DNA of 58,666 bases from UHGV virus genome UHGV-1373577; one strand, 5' to 3'. How positions within the stretch are numbered: position 1 is the stretch's first letter; every line of letters starts with the position of its first letter. The notes under the pieces were generated by a model. That model saw only the letters and a program-made list of their open reading frames with translations. It had not been told where the DNA came from and did not search any database. Source of the stretch: a virus. Position numbers and translations under genes: made by a program. Of this stretch, positions 1 to 9,661 are shown in pieces.

Positions 1-60
1 GGACGGCCCCCGACCATGACGACGACGAACGAGGACGGCCCCCGACCATGACGACCTACG
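1..60. repeat. Tandem imperfect ~32-bp repeats (ggacggcccccgaccatgacgacgacgaacga, then ggacggcccccgaccatgacgacc...) that include the start codon of gene 48..2030. Same unit recurs at the window end.
   Basis: Direct reading: nt 1-32 and 33-56 are near-identical. Nt 58635-58666 is a third copy. Confidence 0.6.
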
Positions 61-2030
61 ACGTGTACTCGAAGAGGGGCGCCGACAACCGCTTCGCGCC
101 CAAGGCGAGTGTCGACGCCCTCACCAATGCCCAGGTCGCCCAGGGGGCCGAGATAGGGACCCTCAAGGAGCAGGTGCGGGCCCAGCTGCTCCTGTCGAAC
201 ATGCTGCCCCGTCAGGGGGGCCCGGGCACCCCCAGCGCCCTCGTCGTCGGGTTCATCGGCGATTCCTGGAGCACCCCCGGCGCCGGAGGCCAGGGGGGCG
301 CCCCCGAGGAGGCGACCATGGTGTCCGTCGCCGCTAAGAGGCTCGGTGTCGGGGCCGCGGTCAGCGGGCAGGGGTCCACGGGCTGGGCCCATGTCCCCTC
401 CCCGCAGGGCAGCACCGGGTTCTTCAGCGCCCCTGAGCGTGTCGACGCCGTCCTCGACGCCCACCCGTCCCTGCTCGTCGTCGTCGGCTCCGTGAACGAC
501 AACTGGGCGATCGACCAGCCCCCGACCCCGGCCGACCCCGCCTCCGGCCCCAGAGCCATCAGCCAGTCCGTCAAGGCCCTTGTCGATCGCGTCAGAGACC
601 GGGCCCCCGCCCTGCCGATCATCGTCGTCGGGCCCCAGCCCACCTCCGAGTACCGCACCTACGCGGGCTCCAGCCACAAGAGCGCCGCCGCGGTCAAGGC
701 GGGTGTCGAAGCCGCCGGGGGCCTCACGAATGGGATCTGGTTCAGTGACTGGCTCGGTGTCGCGACCAGCCCGGCCACCAGGTGGGACCCGGCCTCATCG
801 CCCAACCGGCACTGGGGGCGGGGCGAGATCATCTGCTACGACGGGGTGAACTACGAGGTGACGGCCGACGCCTGGGTCCCGGGCGCGAACCCCGACGCCG
901 CCGACCCCTACCTGGCGTCGTTCCTGCCGTCGGCGCCGGTGTCGAGGAGGACGGCGGTCCTGTCGGGGCGGGGGGCCGTCGGCAAGACCCCCGCCAGCGG
1001 GACCCGGGCGCTGTGGCTCATGAACGACGAGACGCACGTGAACGTGGGCGGGGCGCAGGCGTTCGGCGTCGAGCTGGCGGACCGGGTCATCGAAGGAACT
1101 CAAGCCCTCCGGGACTGGATCATCGGGCAGGGCCCCGTGGTCGTCCGCCCGGCGCCCCCGCCCGCCCCTCCGCCGCCGGGGCCCAACCCCCCTCCGCCGC
1201 CCGCCCGGCCCACGGGGGCGCTGGCCGACGTGCGCGACGCGCGCTGGGGCGTGAAGTGGGGGGCGCTGTCGGCCACTGCGCTTCAGGGGGCGCTGTCGCA
1301 GCTGCCGGAGGGCGCGGCCGTGAGGGGGTCCGCAGCCCTGCCCGTGCGCATGAGCAAGGACGAGGGCGCGGACAGGTTCGTGACGTCCACGGTGTCGTCC
1401 ATCACCCCGAAGGGCGGCGGTGCGGCCGTGCGCATCAACCAGTCCACCATCGCCCAGCTCAAGGCCGTCGAGGACGTCAACGGGGTGGTGGCGACCCTGG
1501 GCGAGGCGCTCGACATCCTGGACGCCGCACCCGCGCGCACCCCGATCATCGTGGAGTGCATGGACACGTCGAACGACATCATCGCGGACTACTGGGTGTA
1601 CGACCAGAAGATGATGCAGTACCTGCTGGGGCGCTACGGGGCCCGGGCCGCCGAGCGGGTCATCGTCGCCACCAACGGGACGCTGAACGCGGCCAGGAGC
1701 AAGGCGAAGGCGGATGCGGCGCTGAAAGTGCTGCCCCGCCTGGCGTACAAGCCGTCCGGGCCGTGGACCGCCGAGGACGTGGGCGCCCTGAAGGCCGTGG
1801 ACATGATCGCCTGCCGGTCGAACGACACCTCCAAGCCGGAGGTGCTGGCGGCCATCAAGAACCACCCGGAGAAGCCGGGGCTGTGGTGGGCGGGCATGAC
1901 GACGGCGGCGCACGTCGACGCCGCCAAGGCGGCGTCGAAGGCGGCGGGGCTGGCGATCGAGGGCTGGATCATGGAGGCGAAGGAGGCCGCTCCGGGGGCC
2001 CTGTCGACGGCGCTGCCCGTCAGGCCGTAG
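48..2030 (+). CDS. SGNH/GDSL-hydrolase-like esterase (candidate LysB-like lipolytic lysis protein or virion enzyme). Has a Pro-rich linker and a C-terminal domain of unknown function.
   Basis: 660-aa ORF. VVGFIGDSWST (GDS block I) and VVVGSVNDN (GxND block III) motifs. PAPPPAPPPPGPNPPPPPARP linker. Sits immediately upstream of the endolysin. Confidence 0.5.
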   Translation: MTTYDVYSKRGADNRFAPKASVDALTNAQVAQGAEIGTLKEQVRAQLLLSNMLPRQGGPGTPSALVVGFIGDSWSTPGAGGQGGAPEEATMVSVAAKRLGVGAAVSGQGSTGWAHVPSPQGSTGFFSAPERVDAVLDAHPSLLVVVGSVNDNWAIDQPPTPADPASGPRAISQSVKALVDRVRDRAPALPIIVVGPQPTSEYRTYAGSSHKSAAAVKAGVEAAGGLTNGIWFSDWLGVATSPATRWDPASSPNRHWGRGEIICYDGVNYEVTADAWVPGANPDAADPYLASFLPSAPVSRRTAVLSGRGAVGKTPASGTRALWLMNDETHVNVGGAQAFGVELADRVIEGTQALRDWIIGQGPVVVRPAPPPAPPPPGPNPPPPPARPTGALADVRDARWGVKWGALSATALQGALSQLPEGAAVRGSAALPVRMSKDEGADRFVTSTVSSITPKGGGAAVRINQSTIAQLKAVEDVNGVVATLGEALDILDAAPARTPIIVECMDTSNDIIADYWVYDQKMMQYLLGRYGARAAERVIVATNGTLNAARSKAKADAALKVLPRLAYKPSGPWTAEDVGALKAVDMIACRSNDTSKPEVLAAIKNHPEKPGLWWAGMTTAAHVDAAKAASKAAGLAIEGWIMEAKEAAPGALSTALPVRP

Positions 2031-2060
2031 CGTGAACCAACGAACGAGAAGGAGGACGAC

Positions 2061-3800
2061 ATGAGCGTTGTCGGGAATGAGGCCGCGGCGAGGATGGCGT
2101 ACTGGTGCGCCACCGATGAGAAGGGGGGTGTCGGCTACGACCAGGGGACCCGGGAGGAGATCCGGGACCTGTCTTATGTCAGTACGCCTCGGCTGACCGG
2201 GGCCGTGGACTCCGACTGTTCGGCCATGGTGGCGGCGGCCTGCAACCTGGGTCTGCGGGCGGCCGGTGTCGTGCCCGCGGACGCGGGGGACGGCGACCCC
2301 CGCCTGCTGCCCGCGTCCACGTGGACGGGGTCGATGCGCTCCGAGCTGGAGGCGAGGGGCTGGCGGGAGGTCCACTGGGACGACGCCGCCATGACGCCCG
2401 ACGGCGGCTTCCGGAAGGGCGACGTGGTCCTGTCGTCGAAGGACGAGGGGGGTGTCGGGCACGTGGCCATGGTCGTGGACGACAACCCCTCTGATCCGGT
2501 CCTGGCCGAGGCGTGGATCGACGAGCGCGGGGAGATCACCGGCGGGGCCGTCGGCGACCAGACCGGAGGGGAGACCCGGCTCGTGTCCTACTCGGCGCAT
2601 ATTTATACACAGCGTGGTGCGTGGACGTCCTGCCACCGGTACGCGGGGGCGGAAGCGACCCCCGCCCCGCCCTCCGCCTCCTCCTCGTCCGCCCCCGCCC
2701 CTTCCAACGGAGGCAAGCCGGGGCCGCTGCTCGGTGTCGACATCTCCAAGTGGCAGGCGGGCATCAACATCGGCGCGGTCAACCCCGACTTCGTCATCGT
2801 GAAGGTGACGCAGGACGCCGGGGCCTACGCCACCACCAACCCGAACCACGTCGAGCAGCTGGGCGCCGCTCTGTCCCTGGGGCGGCCCACCGGTGTGTAC
2901 CACTACGTCGGGGGCGGGGACAACGGGAACGCCGACGACGCCCTCGCGGAGGCGAACAGGTTCCTGGACGCCGTCAGGGCGACCGGTCACCAGGACGACG
3001 TCTTCTACGCCATCGACTGGGAGTCGATCGAGAACTCGGCCTGGGGGAACCTGGCGTACCTGTCGATCATCGTCGGCAAGGTGCAGTCGGCCACGGGCAA
3101 GCCCGTGCTCCTGTACGCCTCCTCGGGGAGCTACCCGTGGAAGGTCGCCCAGGACTACGGGTGCGTGCCGTGGGTGGCGCAGTACGCCGACGAGGAGCCC
3201 ACCGGTTGGGACGCCTCGCCCTGGACGGACGGCTCCTGGGGCACCGAAGGGCGCATGCACCAGTACACGGGAACGGGGCGGGTGCCCGGCTACGGGGGCG
3301 ACCTGGATCTGGACGTGTGGCACGCCTCCGAGGCGGCCCTGCGAGCGCTGGCCCCCTCCGGCGGCCCTGTCGTTTCGGCCCCTCCGGCCCCCGCGCCCCG
3401 CGAGACGGCCCTCGACGGCCAGGAGCTGCTGGAGGTCGACGGCGAGTGGGGCTCACGGACCGTCGCTCGCTTCCAGCAGGTCATGGGCACCCCCATCGAC
3501 GGCGTGCTCGACGACGACGGATCCGCCTGCATCGAGGCGTTCCAGCGGTTCCTCAACGGGGCTGTCGGCCCCGCTCACCTGTCCAATCTGATCGGCGCCC
3601 CGGCCCTTGAGGTTGACGGCATCGACGGCGAGCGGACGTGGAAGGCGTTCCAGTTCCTCGTGTGGGCCTGGCACAGGGAGTACGTGCCCGACGGCTGGGA
3701 CTTCGGCGACTGGATCGACGGCGTCGACGGCCCCGCCACCGTCAAGGCCCTCCAGCGGGCGCTGAACGTGTCGACGGCGGGCACCGGTAGACTGTGGTGA
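2061..3800 (+). CDS. Endolysin: N-terminal NlpC/P60-type peptidase, central GH25 muramidase, three C-terminal peptidoglycan-binding repeats.
   Basis: DCSAMV...GDVVL...GHVAMVV (NlpC/P60 Cys/His motifs). GVDISKWQAGI...DFVIVKVTQ...VYHYV...YAIDWE (GH25). Three DGxxGxxTxxAFQ repeats. RBS gaaggagga before the ATG. Confidence 0.8.
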   Translation: MSVVGNEAAARMAYWCATDEKGGVGYDQGTREEIRDLSYVSTPRLTGAVDSDCSAMVAAACNLGLRAAGVVPADAGDGDPRLLPASTWTGSMRSELEARGWREVHWDDAAMTPDGGFRKGDVVLSSKDEGGVGHVAMVVDDNPSDPVLAEAWIDERGEITGGAVGDQTGGETRLVSYSAHIYTQRGAWTSCHRYAGAEATPAPPSASSSSAPAPSNGGKPGPLLGVDISKWQAGINIGAVNPDFVIVKVTQDAGAYATTNPNHVEQLGAALSLGRPTGVYHYVGGGDNGNADDALAEANRFLDAVRATGHQDDVFYAIDWESIENSAWGNLAYLSIIVGKVQSATGKPVLLYASSGSYPWKVAQDYGCVPWVAQYADEEPTGWDASPWTDGSWGTEGRMHQYTGTGRVPGYGGDLDLDVWHASEAALRALAPSGGPVVSAPPAPAPRETALDGQELLEVDGEWGSRTVARFQQVMGTPIDGVLDDDGSACIEAFQRFLNGAVGPAHLSNLIGAPALEVDGIDGERTWKAFQFLVWAWHREYVPDGWDFGDWIDGVDGPATVKALQRALNVSTAGTGRLW

Positions 3801-3847
3801 TGTCGGCCCCGGGCCGACACAGGTTGGACCGCGAGGAAGGAGGCGCC

Positions 3848-4066
3848 GTGGGCGCCTACAGCAAGAAGACATTCTGGATGGGGGTCGCCGAGCGGGCGAC
3901 CAAGACGTTCGCCCAGGCGGCCGTGGCGGCGATCGGCACGGCGGCGCTTCTGAGCGAGGTGAACTGGGTGGCGGTGGGTTCGACGGCGGCGCTGGCGGCG
4001 CTGCTGTCGGTGCTCACCGCACTGGGTGATCCCAAGGCGACCGACATCGCCGTCGCGCAGGGCTGA
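3848..4066 (+). CDS. Holin, phage_r1t-like (two transmembrane segments).
   Basis: GTG start after RBS ggaaggagg. MGAYSKKTFWMGVAERATKTFAQA matches the r1t-holin N-terminal signature. Hydrophobic stretches follow. Directly downstream of the endolysin. Confidence 0.6.
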   Translation: MGAYSKKTFWMGVAERATKTFAQAAVAAIGTAALLSEVNWVAVGSTAALAALLSVLTALGDPKATDIAVAQG

Positions 4067-4133
4067 TCCCCGCACCGCGAACCGCGCCCCCGGCACCTCA
4101 CAAGGGTGCCGGGGGTTCTTCGTGTCCGCCACT

Positions 4134-4454
4134 TTTCCACAGGGTTTTCCACAGGTGGTGTCAACCTTGGTTGCTGAGGGGTGTCTCATGCCACACCAAT
4201 GTGGTCGGGGTCATAGGGGCTCGGGCTTTCGTTGGAAAACCGCCAAAACGCCCTGTGCACGAAGTTGGGGATAACTTGTGGATAAGTGGCCTCCTGACGG
4301 GGGGCAACTGACCATTAGAACTACCGTTCTAATCGGCCCTCCACAGAACCCCTAATTTTGTCCACTTCTGCGCCCACAAGCTAAACCGTTTTAGTACACA
4401 CGGCCATCCACAGGCAAAGCCGCGTCATACCAACGAAAAGTGGGGTTATCCACA
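4134..4454. promoter_or_regulatory. Cluster of six DnaA-box-like 9-mers in an AT-richer non-coding island.
   Basis: TTTTCCACA x2 (4134-4153), TGTGGATAA (4277-4285), TTGTCCACT (4368-4376), CCATCCACA (4404-4412), TTATCCACA (4446-4454). Confidence 0.4.
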
Positions 4455-4605
4455 GGAAAACCCGCTTACTACTACTACTTCTACCTCTTACATACCGCGG
4501 AGAAGAAAAAAGAAGAGCCGTCGTACAGGGGCTCCACCCCCGGCCACCACGGTCGCTTGCGAGCGGGTAGGATGTGTGCTAAGGCAGCACAGACGAAAGG
4601 GCGCC

Positions 4606-6234
4606 ATGACCACCTTCAGCGTGTACTCCCGTGACGGAGCGAACAGGCGGTTCGCCCTCCGCACCGAGACCGACGCCATCCGCAGCCTCCTGCCCGCCCT
4701 CACCGGGACCGGCACCGTCATCACCCTGCGTACCGGCGAACACGCCCCCGCTGGTACTAGGTCCGGCACCCTCGTCCTGCGCGAGAAGGCGGCCCTCGAA
4801 GGGGGCGTCGTCGTGCGCTCCTCGGCCGTCGGGCGGGCCCAGGCCGGTGTCGGCGACCCCCTCACCGCCACCAGCCAGCCCGGCGATTTGGCCGTGCTCA
4901 TCATGGCCGCCCAGCTCCAGGCCGACCCGACGCCCTCGCCCATTCCCGAGGGCTGGACGGGGACGTGGCAGCCGCAGATCGGGGGCACCAACCGCTCCGG
5001 CTACGTGGCCACGCGGAAGGTGACGGGGGCCACCGACACCCGCGGCGTGGAATGGTGGGTGAAGACCAAGGCGTGGACCGCCAGGCAGAGGGCCGTGCTC
5101 GTCATCCTGGCCGGTGTCGACGTCGATCGGGCGGCCGCCGGGCAGTGGAGCGCGACTCTGGGCGCGGCCCCGGCGGGCGCAACGGCCCGACTGCTCGTCT
5201 CGGCGGCCCACGGCACCAAGGACAACAAGATGGCGGCCTGGACCCTTGAGGGCGGGGCCGTCGTCGCCGACGGGCTGGCGGACGTGTCGACCACGGAGTC
5301 CTGGTCGGCGGTGCGCGCGGTGCTGGGCGGGGCCGACAAGCCCCCGGACGGGGCCGGAGCGAATCCCCCGGCCGCCTGGGCGCAGGTGGGCCTGGTGGCG
5401 AAGGCCGCCGGTGGGGGCGAGGATCTCGACGGGACGACGGTGCCCCTGCGGTTCGGGGGCGAGGCCACCCGGGCGGGGGTGTCGATCATGCCCTACGGGG
5501 CCCGGTCCGTCTCTGCGCTGAAGGAGGCGGGCGCAGGGCGCAAGAATCTTGTTATCGGGCACCGGGGCATGAGCGGGGCCGGGGATGTCGTGGAGCACAC
5601 CATGGCCGCGTACACCCGGGCGGTGGAGTGCGGTGTCGACGCCCTGGAGATCTCCTGCCACCGGACCTCCGACGGGGTGTGGCTCGCGTCGCACGACTCC
5701 ACTCTGGCGCGTCTGGGAGGCCCCTCCACGCCCATTCGGGACATGACCTGGGCCCAGGTGCAGGCGGCGTTCGCCGCTCGGCCCGAGGCCGTGCCGGTGA
5801 CGCTGAAGGACTACCTGGCGACCTACGGCGCAACGCACGTGACGATCTTCGACCCCAAGACGGAGATGGCCCGTTCCGACGAGTACCTGGCCCTGCTGAA
5901 GGACTACAAGGACCGTGTCGTCGTCAAGGCGTTCGCCGACGCCTGGTGGCTGTTCGCCAAGGTCAAGCAGGCCGGGTGGGCGACCTGGGGGTACGCCTAC
6001 GCCCGCAACCGCGGCCAGAACTGGTACCCGGACTTCGTCCAGGGCACGAACCTGGACTTCCTGTCGATGGAGTGGGATGCGTCGGATGACGTGTGGGCGC
6101 CGCTGGTGGCCACCGGCAAGCCGGTCATCGCCCACATCCCCGCCTCGGTCGCCCAGGCTGCGGAGGGCGCCCGCAAGGGGGCCGCGGGGTGCATCACGTC
6201 GCGCGCCGACCTCGTGGCCGGGCTGAAGGTGTAG
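4606..6234 (+). CDS. Glycerophosphodiester phosphodiesterase (GDPD) domain protein. N-terminal tag is shared with gene 48..2030.
   Basis: C-terminal VIGHRGMSGAG...VEHTMAAY...ALEISCHRTSDGVWLASHDSTL matches GDPD catalytic motifs (HRG, E..D..T.DG....HD). N-terminus MTTFSVYSRDGANRRFA parallels MTTYDVYSKRGADNRFA of gene 48. Confidence 0.65.
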   Translation: MTTFSVYSRDGANRRFALRTETDAIRSLLPALTGTGTVITLRTGEHAPAGTRSGTLVLREKAALEGGVVVRSSAVGRAQAGVGDPLTATSQPGDLAVLIMAAQLQADPTPSPIPEGWTGTWQPQIGGTNRSGYVATRKVTGATDTRGVEWWVKTKAWTARQRAVLVILAGVDVDRAAAGQWSATLGAAPAGATARLLVSAAHGTKDNKMAAWTLEGGAVVADGLADVSTTESWSAVRAVLGGADKPPDGAGANPPAAWAQVGLVAKAAGGGEDLDGTTVPLRFGGEATRAGVSIMPYGARSVSALKEAGAGRKNLVIGHRGMSGAGDVVEHTMAAYTRAVECGVDALEISCHRTSDGVWLASHDSTLARLGGPSTPIRDMTWAQVQAAFAARPEAVPVTLKDYLATYGATHVTIFDPKTEMARSDEYLALLKDYKDRVVVKAFADAWWLFAKVKQAGWATWGYAYARNRGQNWYPDFVQGTNLDFLSMEWDASDDVWAPLVATGKPVIAHIPASVAQAAEGARKGAAGCITSRADLVAGLKV

Positions 6235-6393
6235 TACGCTTGCCCGGCGGGCTTCTCATCTCTCTTCCCCCGCACGCCCCCGGTGTCGACCGTCTACGGC
6301 ACCGGGGGCATCCGCTTGCAGGAAACAGATGTGTACTGTATACTGAAACCACGGCCCGGGACGGAACGGGCCCGGAAGAGAGGAAGACGAAGC

Positions 6394-6972
6394 ATGAGCA
6401 GAATCAACGAGAGACGAGCTGAGATCCTCGCCAAGGCCAGGGCGCGCAAGGCGGAGATCGCCCACACGGCGCCATCCGAGAACACGCTACGGCGACGGGA
6501 CCAGGTCAAGCGGGTCAAGGGGCTCCTGCGCGAGTTCATCCTCGACCACGGCGTCGAGATCAAGGACGCGGGCAGGGTCACGGGGTACGAGTCCACCGCT
6601 CGGCTGCCCCGCCACCTCAGCCGCGGCATGATCGACCTTGAGGACCTCCTGGCCCTGACCGAGTACTTCGAGGACCTCGACATCACCACCATCCTGCGCG
6701 ACGTCATCCTCGGTGTCGATCTGCGCCCCGACGAGGCGCAGGCCCGCCGGGAGGGGACGATCACCCCCGACGGCGAACGGGTTGCGGCCCCCGAGGAGCC
6801 GGAAGAGGAGAAGGAGCTCAGCGCACCCTCCGTCCCCTCGCCGCAGGAGGACGAGGAGATCGTGGTCATCCAGCCCGACGCCATCGCCCCGCCGCAGGAG
6901 GACGACGAACCCTCGCTCGACACCGACGAGGGCCTGAGGGCCTGGGCCAACAGGTTCGGGTTCGCGATGTGA
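6394..6972 (+). CDS. Hypothetical protein with acidic C-terminus.
   Basis: ORF with RBS gaagaggaagacg. Coding-like composition. No motif recognised. Confidence 0.4.
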   Translation: MSRINERRAEILAKARARKAEIAHTAPSENTLRRRDQVKRVKGLLREFILDHGVEIKDAGRVTGYESTARLPRHLSRGMIDLEDLLALTEYFEDLDITTILRDVILGVDLRPDEAQARREGTITPDGERVAAPEEPEEEKELSAPSVPSPQEDEEIVVIQPDAIAPPQEDDEPSLDTDEGLRAWANRFGFAM

Positions 6973-7075
6973 CGGCTTGACAGACGCCCGACGGGGTGGG
7001 AGCATCTTCCCGGGAGACGGCATCCCGGCCCCCGGCACCAGCGGACGGTGCCGGGGGCTGCCCTATACTCGGGGC

Positions 7076-7252
7076 ATGGAATGGGACGCCAGCAAGGTAC
7101 GGGCCGACACGCTGCTACCGGACGACCCCCGGCTTCACATCGGCACCATCACAGCCGACAAGGTCAGCGCGGGAAGTTTCGATCCGGGCGCGTATCTCAC
7201 CGAGGAGCAACTCGCGTACATTCGCCGCGCCGTCATGAAGGGCTCCTCCTGA
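7076..7252 (+). CDS. Small hypothetical protein.
   Basis: 58-aa ORF. Stop overlaps the next start (TGATG). Confidence 0.3.
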   Translation: MEWDASKVRADTLLPDDPRLHIGTITADKVSAGSFDPGAYLTEEQLAYIRRAVMKGSS

Positions 7253-7440
7253 TGCTCGCCGCCGTCGCGATCATAGCGCTGCTCACAGGACTCACCCTCG
7301 GTCTCATCGCCGGGGTTCACTGGAAGGGGAAGGTGGACGATGAAAGGCTTAGTGGATTCCTCACCGAGCTCGAAGCCACGGCGGACCGGGTCGCAGTCCA
7401 GGCCCGCGAAGACGCCATCGAACGGGCGGGGCGCTATTAA
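7252..7440 (+). CDS. Small membrane-anchored protein.
   Basis: MLAAVAIIALLTGLTLGLIAGV N-terminal TM helix. Translationally coupled to the upstream ORF. Confidence 0.35.
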   Translation: MLAAVAIIALLTGLTLGLIAGVHWKGKVDDERLSGFLTELEATADRVAVQAREDAIERAGRY

Positions 7441-7492
7441 GCGCGTTGTCGACGCACCGCCCCCCACCGAGGGCGTCATCGCCCGGACGGGG

Positions 7493-8038
7493 GTGACCGA
7501 CGGGCAGGTCGACGAGGCCAAGCGGAACCTCGTCATCAACGCCCTCGTCAAGGGTGGCACCCGCGGCGACGTCGCCCACCAGGCGGGCCTCAGCGAGGCC
7601 CAGGTCTTCCGCATCGAGGAGGAGTACTACACGGGGCAGGCCATGCTGAGCGAGCACGCCCGCCTCATGAAGCAGATGGCCCGTCTCGACCGGGTGCTGG
7701 GCATGCTCGACGCCCGCGTGCAGTCCGCCCTCCTGGCCAACCCGGAGGGAGACCCCAAGTACTTCGACTCGATCCTCAAGGCCATCGACCAGACCAGCGA
7801 GCTCATGGGCCTGAAGAAGACCCGGATCCAGACCGAGGTGCGGGTCATCGAGACGAAGCAGGTGGAGGTCATCGTGTCGTTCACCCGCTCCGTCGTCGAG
7901 GCCATGGAGGCCAGGCTTCGGCCCATGCTAACGATCGCGGGGCGCGAGGAGCTGGAGGCCAAGCGGGAGGAGTGGCTGGCGCAGGCCACGCAGGCCAGCG
8001 CGGAGATCCTTGAGGCCACCGCGCCGATGGAGCTGTGA
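7493..8038 (+). CDS. Terminase small subunit candidate (HTH-containing). Start is uncertain.
   Basis: Helix-turn-helix-like GGTRGDVAHQAGLSEAQVFRI. Directly upstream of, and overlapping, the large terminase. Confidence 0.4.
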   Translation: MTDGQVDEAKRNLVINALVKGGTRGDVAHQAGLSEAQVFRIEEEYYTGQAMLSEHARLMKQMARLDRVLGMLDARVQSALLANPEGDPKYFDSILKAIDQTSELMGLKKTRIQTEVRVIETKQVEVIVSFTRSVVEAMEARLRPMLTIAGREELEAKREEWLAQATQASAEILEATAPMEL

Positions 8039-8042
8039 GCGC

Positions 8043-9608
8043 ATGACACCGGTTCTAGATTTTCGGGCCGTGGCCGCCTCGTTCGGCGAGGGGGCCAGGG
8101 CGGAGCGCCTGTCGAGGGACCCGGTGGCCTGGGTGGAGGAGCGCCTGGGCGAGCACGTGTGGTCCAAGCAGCGCGAGGCATTGGAATCCGTTATAAGCAA
8201 CAAGCGAACGATGGTCGCCTCTTGTCACGGTTCAGGGAAAACGTGGCTTGCGTCACGTTTGATCGGGTGGTGGCTCGACACTAAGGATACAGCACCCACC
8301 GAAACCCGCATCATCACCACCGCCCCCTCCTGGAACCAGGTCGCCAACGTCATGTGGGGCTACGTCGACGAAGTTCGCCAGAAGGCCGGCATGCCCGGCA
8401 ACATCACCGCCAAGGCGTCATGGACCTTCCCCGGCTACAAGACCCCCACCGCCTTCGGGCGCAAGCCCTCCGACTACGACGAATCCACCTTCCAGGGCAT
8501 CCACGCAACCAACGTCCTCGTCGTCGTTGACGAGGCCGGGGGCGTGCCCGAGTCGATCTTCACCTCCGTCGAAGCCATCACCACCAACGCCAACGCCCGC
8601 ATCCTCGCCATCGCCAACCCCGACGACCCCGGCTCCTACATGGCCAAGGTCTGGCGCGAGGAATCCAAGAAGGCCCCCGAAGACCGGCGCTGGAACCTCA
8701 TCACCATCTCCGCCTTCGACACCCCCAACTTCACCGGGGAGGACGTGCCCGAGAGGGCCCGCACCAACCTCCTCCAGAAGGAGTGGGTCGAGGACGCCCG
8801 CGTGCGCTGGGGCGAAACCGACCCCCGCTGGCAGGCCAAGGTTCTGGCCCGGTTCCCCGACGTCGGCGAGGACGGCCTGTTCAACCTCGGACGAGTGCTC
8901 GTGTCGATGAACGGGTACAACGACTTCGAGGAGCACGATGACCGGAAGGTGCTCGGCGTCGACGTCGGCCTGTCCATCACCGGCGACTACTCCGTCATCG
9001 CCCTCAACCGGGGCGGGCGCGTGTCGATCCTCGACAAGGTCAAGGGCTACGACGGAAACAAGCTCGCCAGGCTCATCGGGCAGCGGGTCAAGGAACTGGG
9101 CGGTGTCGACGAGATCCGCATCGACGCCGTCGGCGTGGGCCGGGGCGTGCAGGCCGTCCTCGACAACCACCTGCCCGAAGGCACCCTGGTGCGCTGGATC
9201 GTCGGCAATGCTGCGTCGCCCAACAAGCTCAAGTGGTACAACTTCCGGGCCGCCATGTACGACTCCGTCTCCGAGCTCATCAACGAGGGCGCCCTGGCCA
9301 TCCCCCCGGAGGACACCTCCGACGAGCGCACGCGGGGCCTGTACGACGAGTTCCGCACCATCAAGTACGAGTACCGCGGAACCGCCCTGCTCATCGAATC
9401 CAAGGACTCGCTCAAGAGACGGGGCGAGTCCTCGCCCGACACCATCGACGCCATCTGCTACGCCTCCATGCCCGCCGAGGTCATCGACGGCGGCGGCAAG
9501 GACCCGATCCTCGAACTCACCCTGGACACCGCCGCAGGGCCCCGTGTCGACGAGAGCCTGATCATCGACGAGTGGGGCAACGAGGCCTGGTCCTTCGCCC
9601 CGGCGTGA
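8043..9608 (+). CDS. Terminase large subunit.
   Basis: Walker-A-like SCHGSGKTWLAS. VVVDEAGGVPE (Walker B). C-terminal nuclease-like region. Position before the portal. Confidence 0.75.
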   Translation: MTPVLDFRAVAASFGEGARAERLSRDPVAWVEERLGEHVWSKQREALESVISNKRTMVASCHGSGKTWLASRLIGWWLDTKDTAPTETRIITTAPSWNQVANVMWGYVDEVRQKAGMPGNITAKASWTFPGYKTPTAFGRKPSDYDESTFQGIHATNVLVVVDEAGGVPESIFTSVEAITTNANARILAIANPDDPGSYMAKVWREESKKAPEDRRWNLITISAFDTPNFTGEDVPERARTNLLQKEWVEDARVRWGETDPRWQAKVLARFPDVGEDGLFNLGRVLVSMNGYNDFEEHDDRKVLGVDVGLSITGDYSVIALNRGGRVSILDKVKGYDGNKLARLIGQRVKELGGVDEIRIDAVGVGRGVQAVLDNHLPEGTLVRWIVGNAASPNKLKWYNFRAAMYDSVSELINEGALAIPPEDTSDERTRGLYDEFRTIKYEYRGTALLIESKDSLKRRGESSPDTIDAICYASMPAEVIDGGGKDPILELTLDTAAGPRVDESLIIDEWGNEAWSFAPA

Positions 9609-9661
9609 CGGGATAGTATATCCGCGTAACAAACAAGTGGGGCGGAGAAAGAGGAGGGGCC

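Noticed and set aside
7340-7492. N-terminal 50 aa of ORF 7340..8038 (MKGLVDSSPSSKPRRTGSQSRPAKTPS...).
   Set aside because: It overlaps gene 7252..7440 in another frame and is low-complexity. The likely real start is downstream of the 7440 stop.
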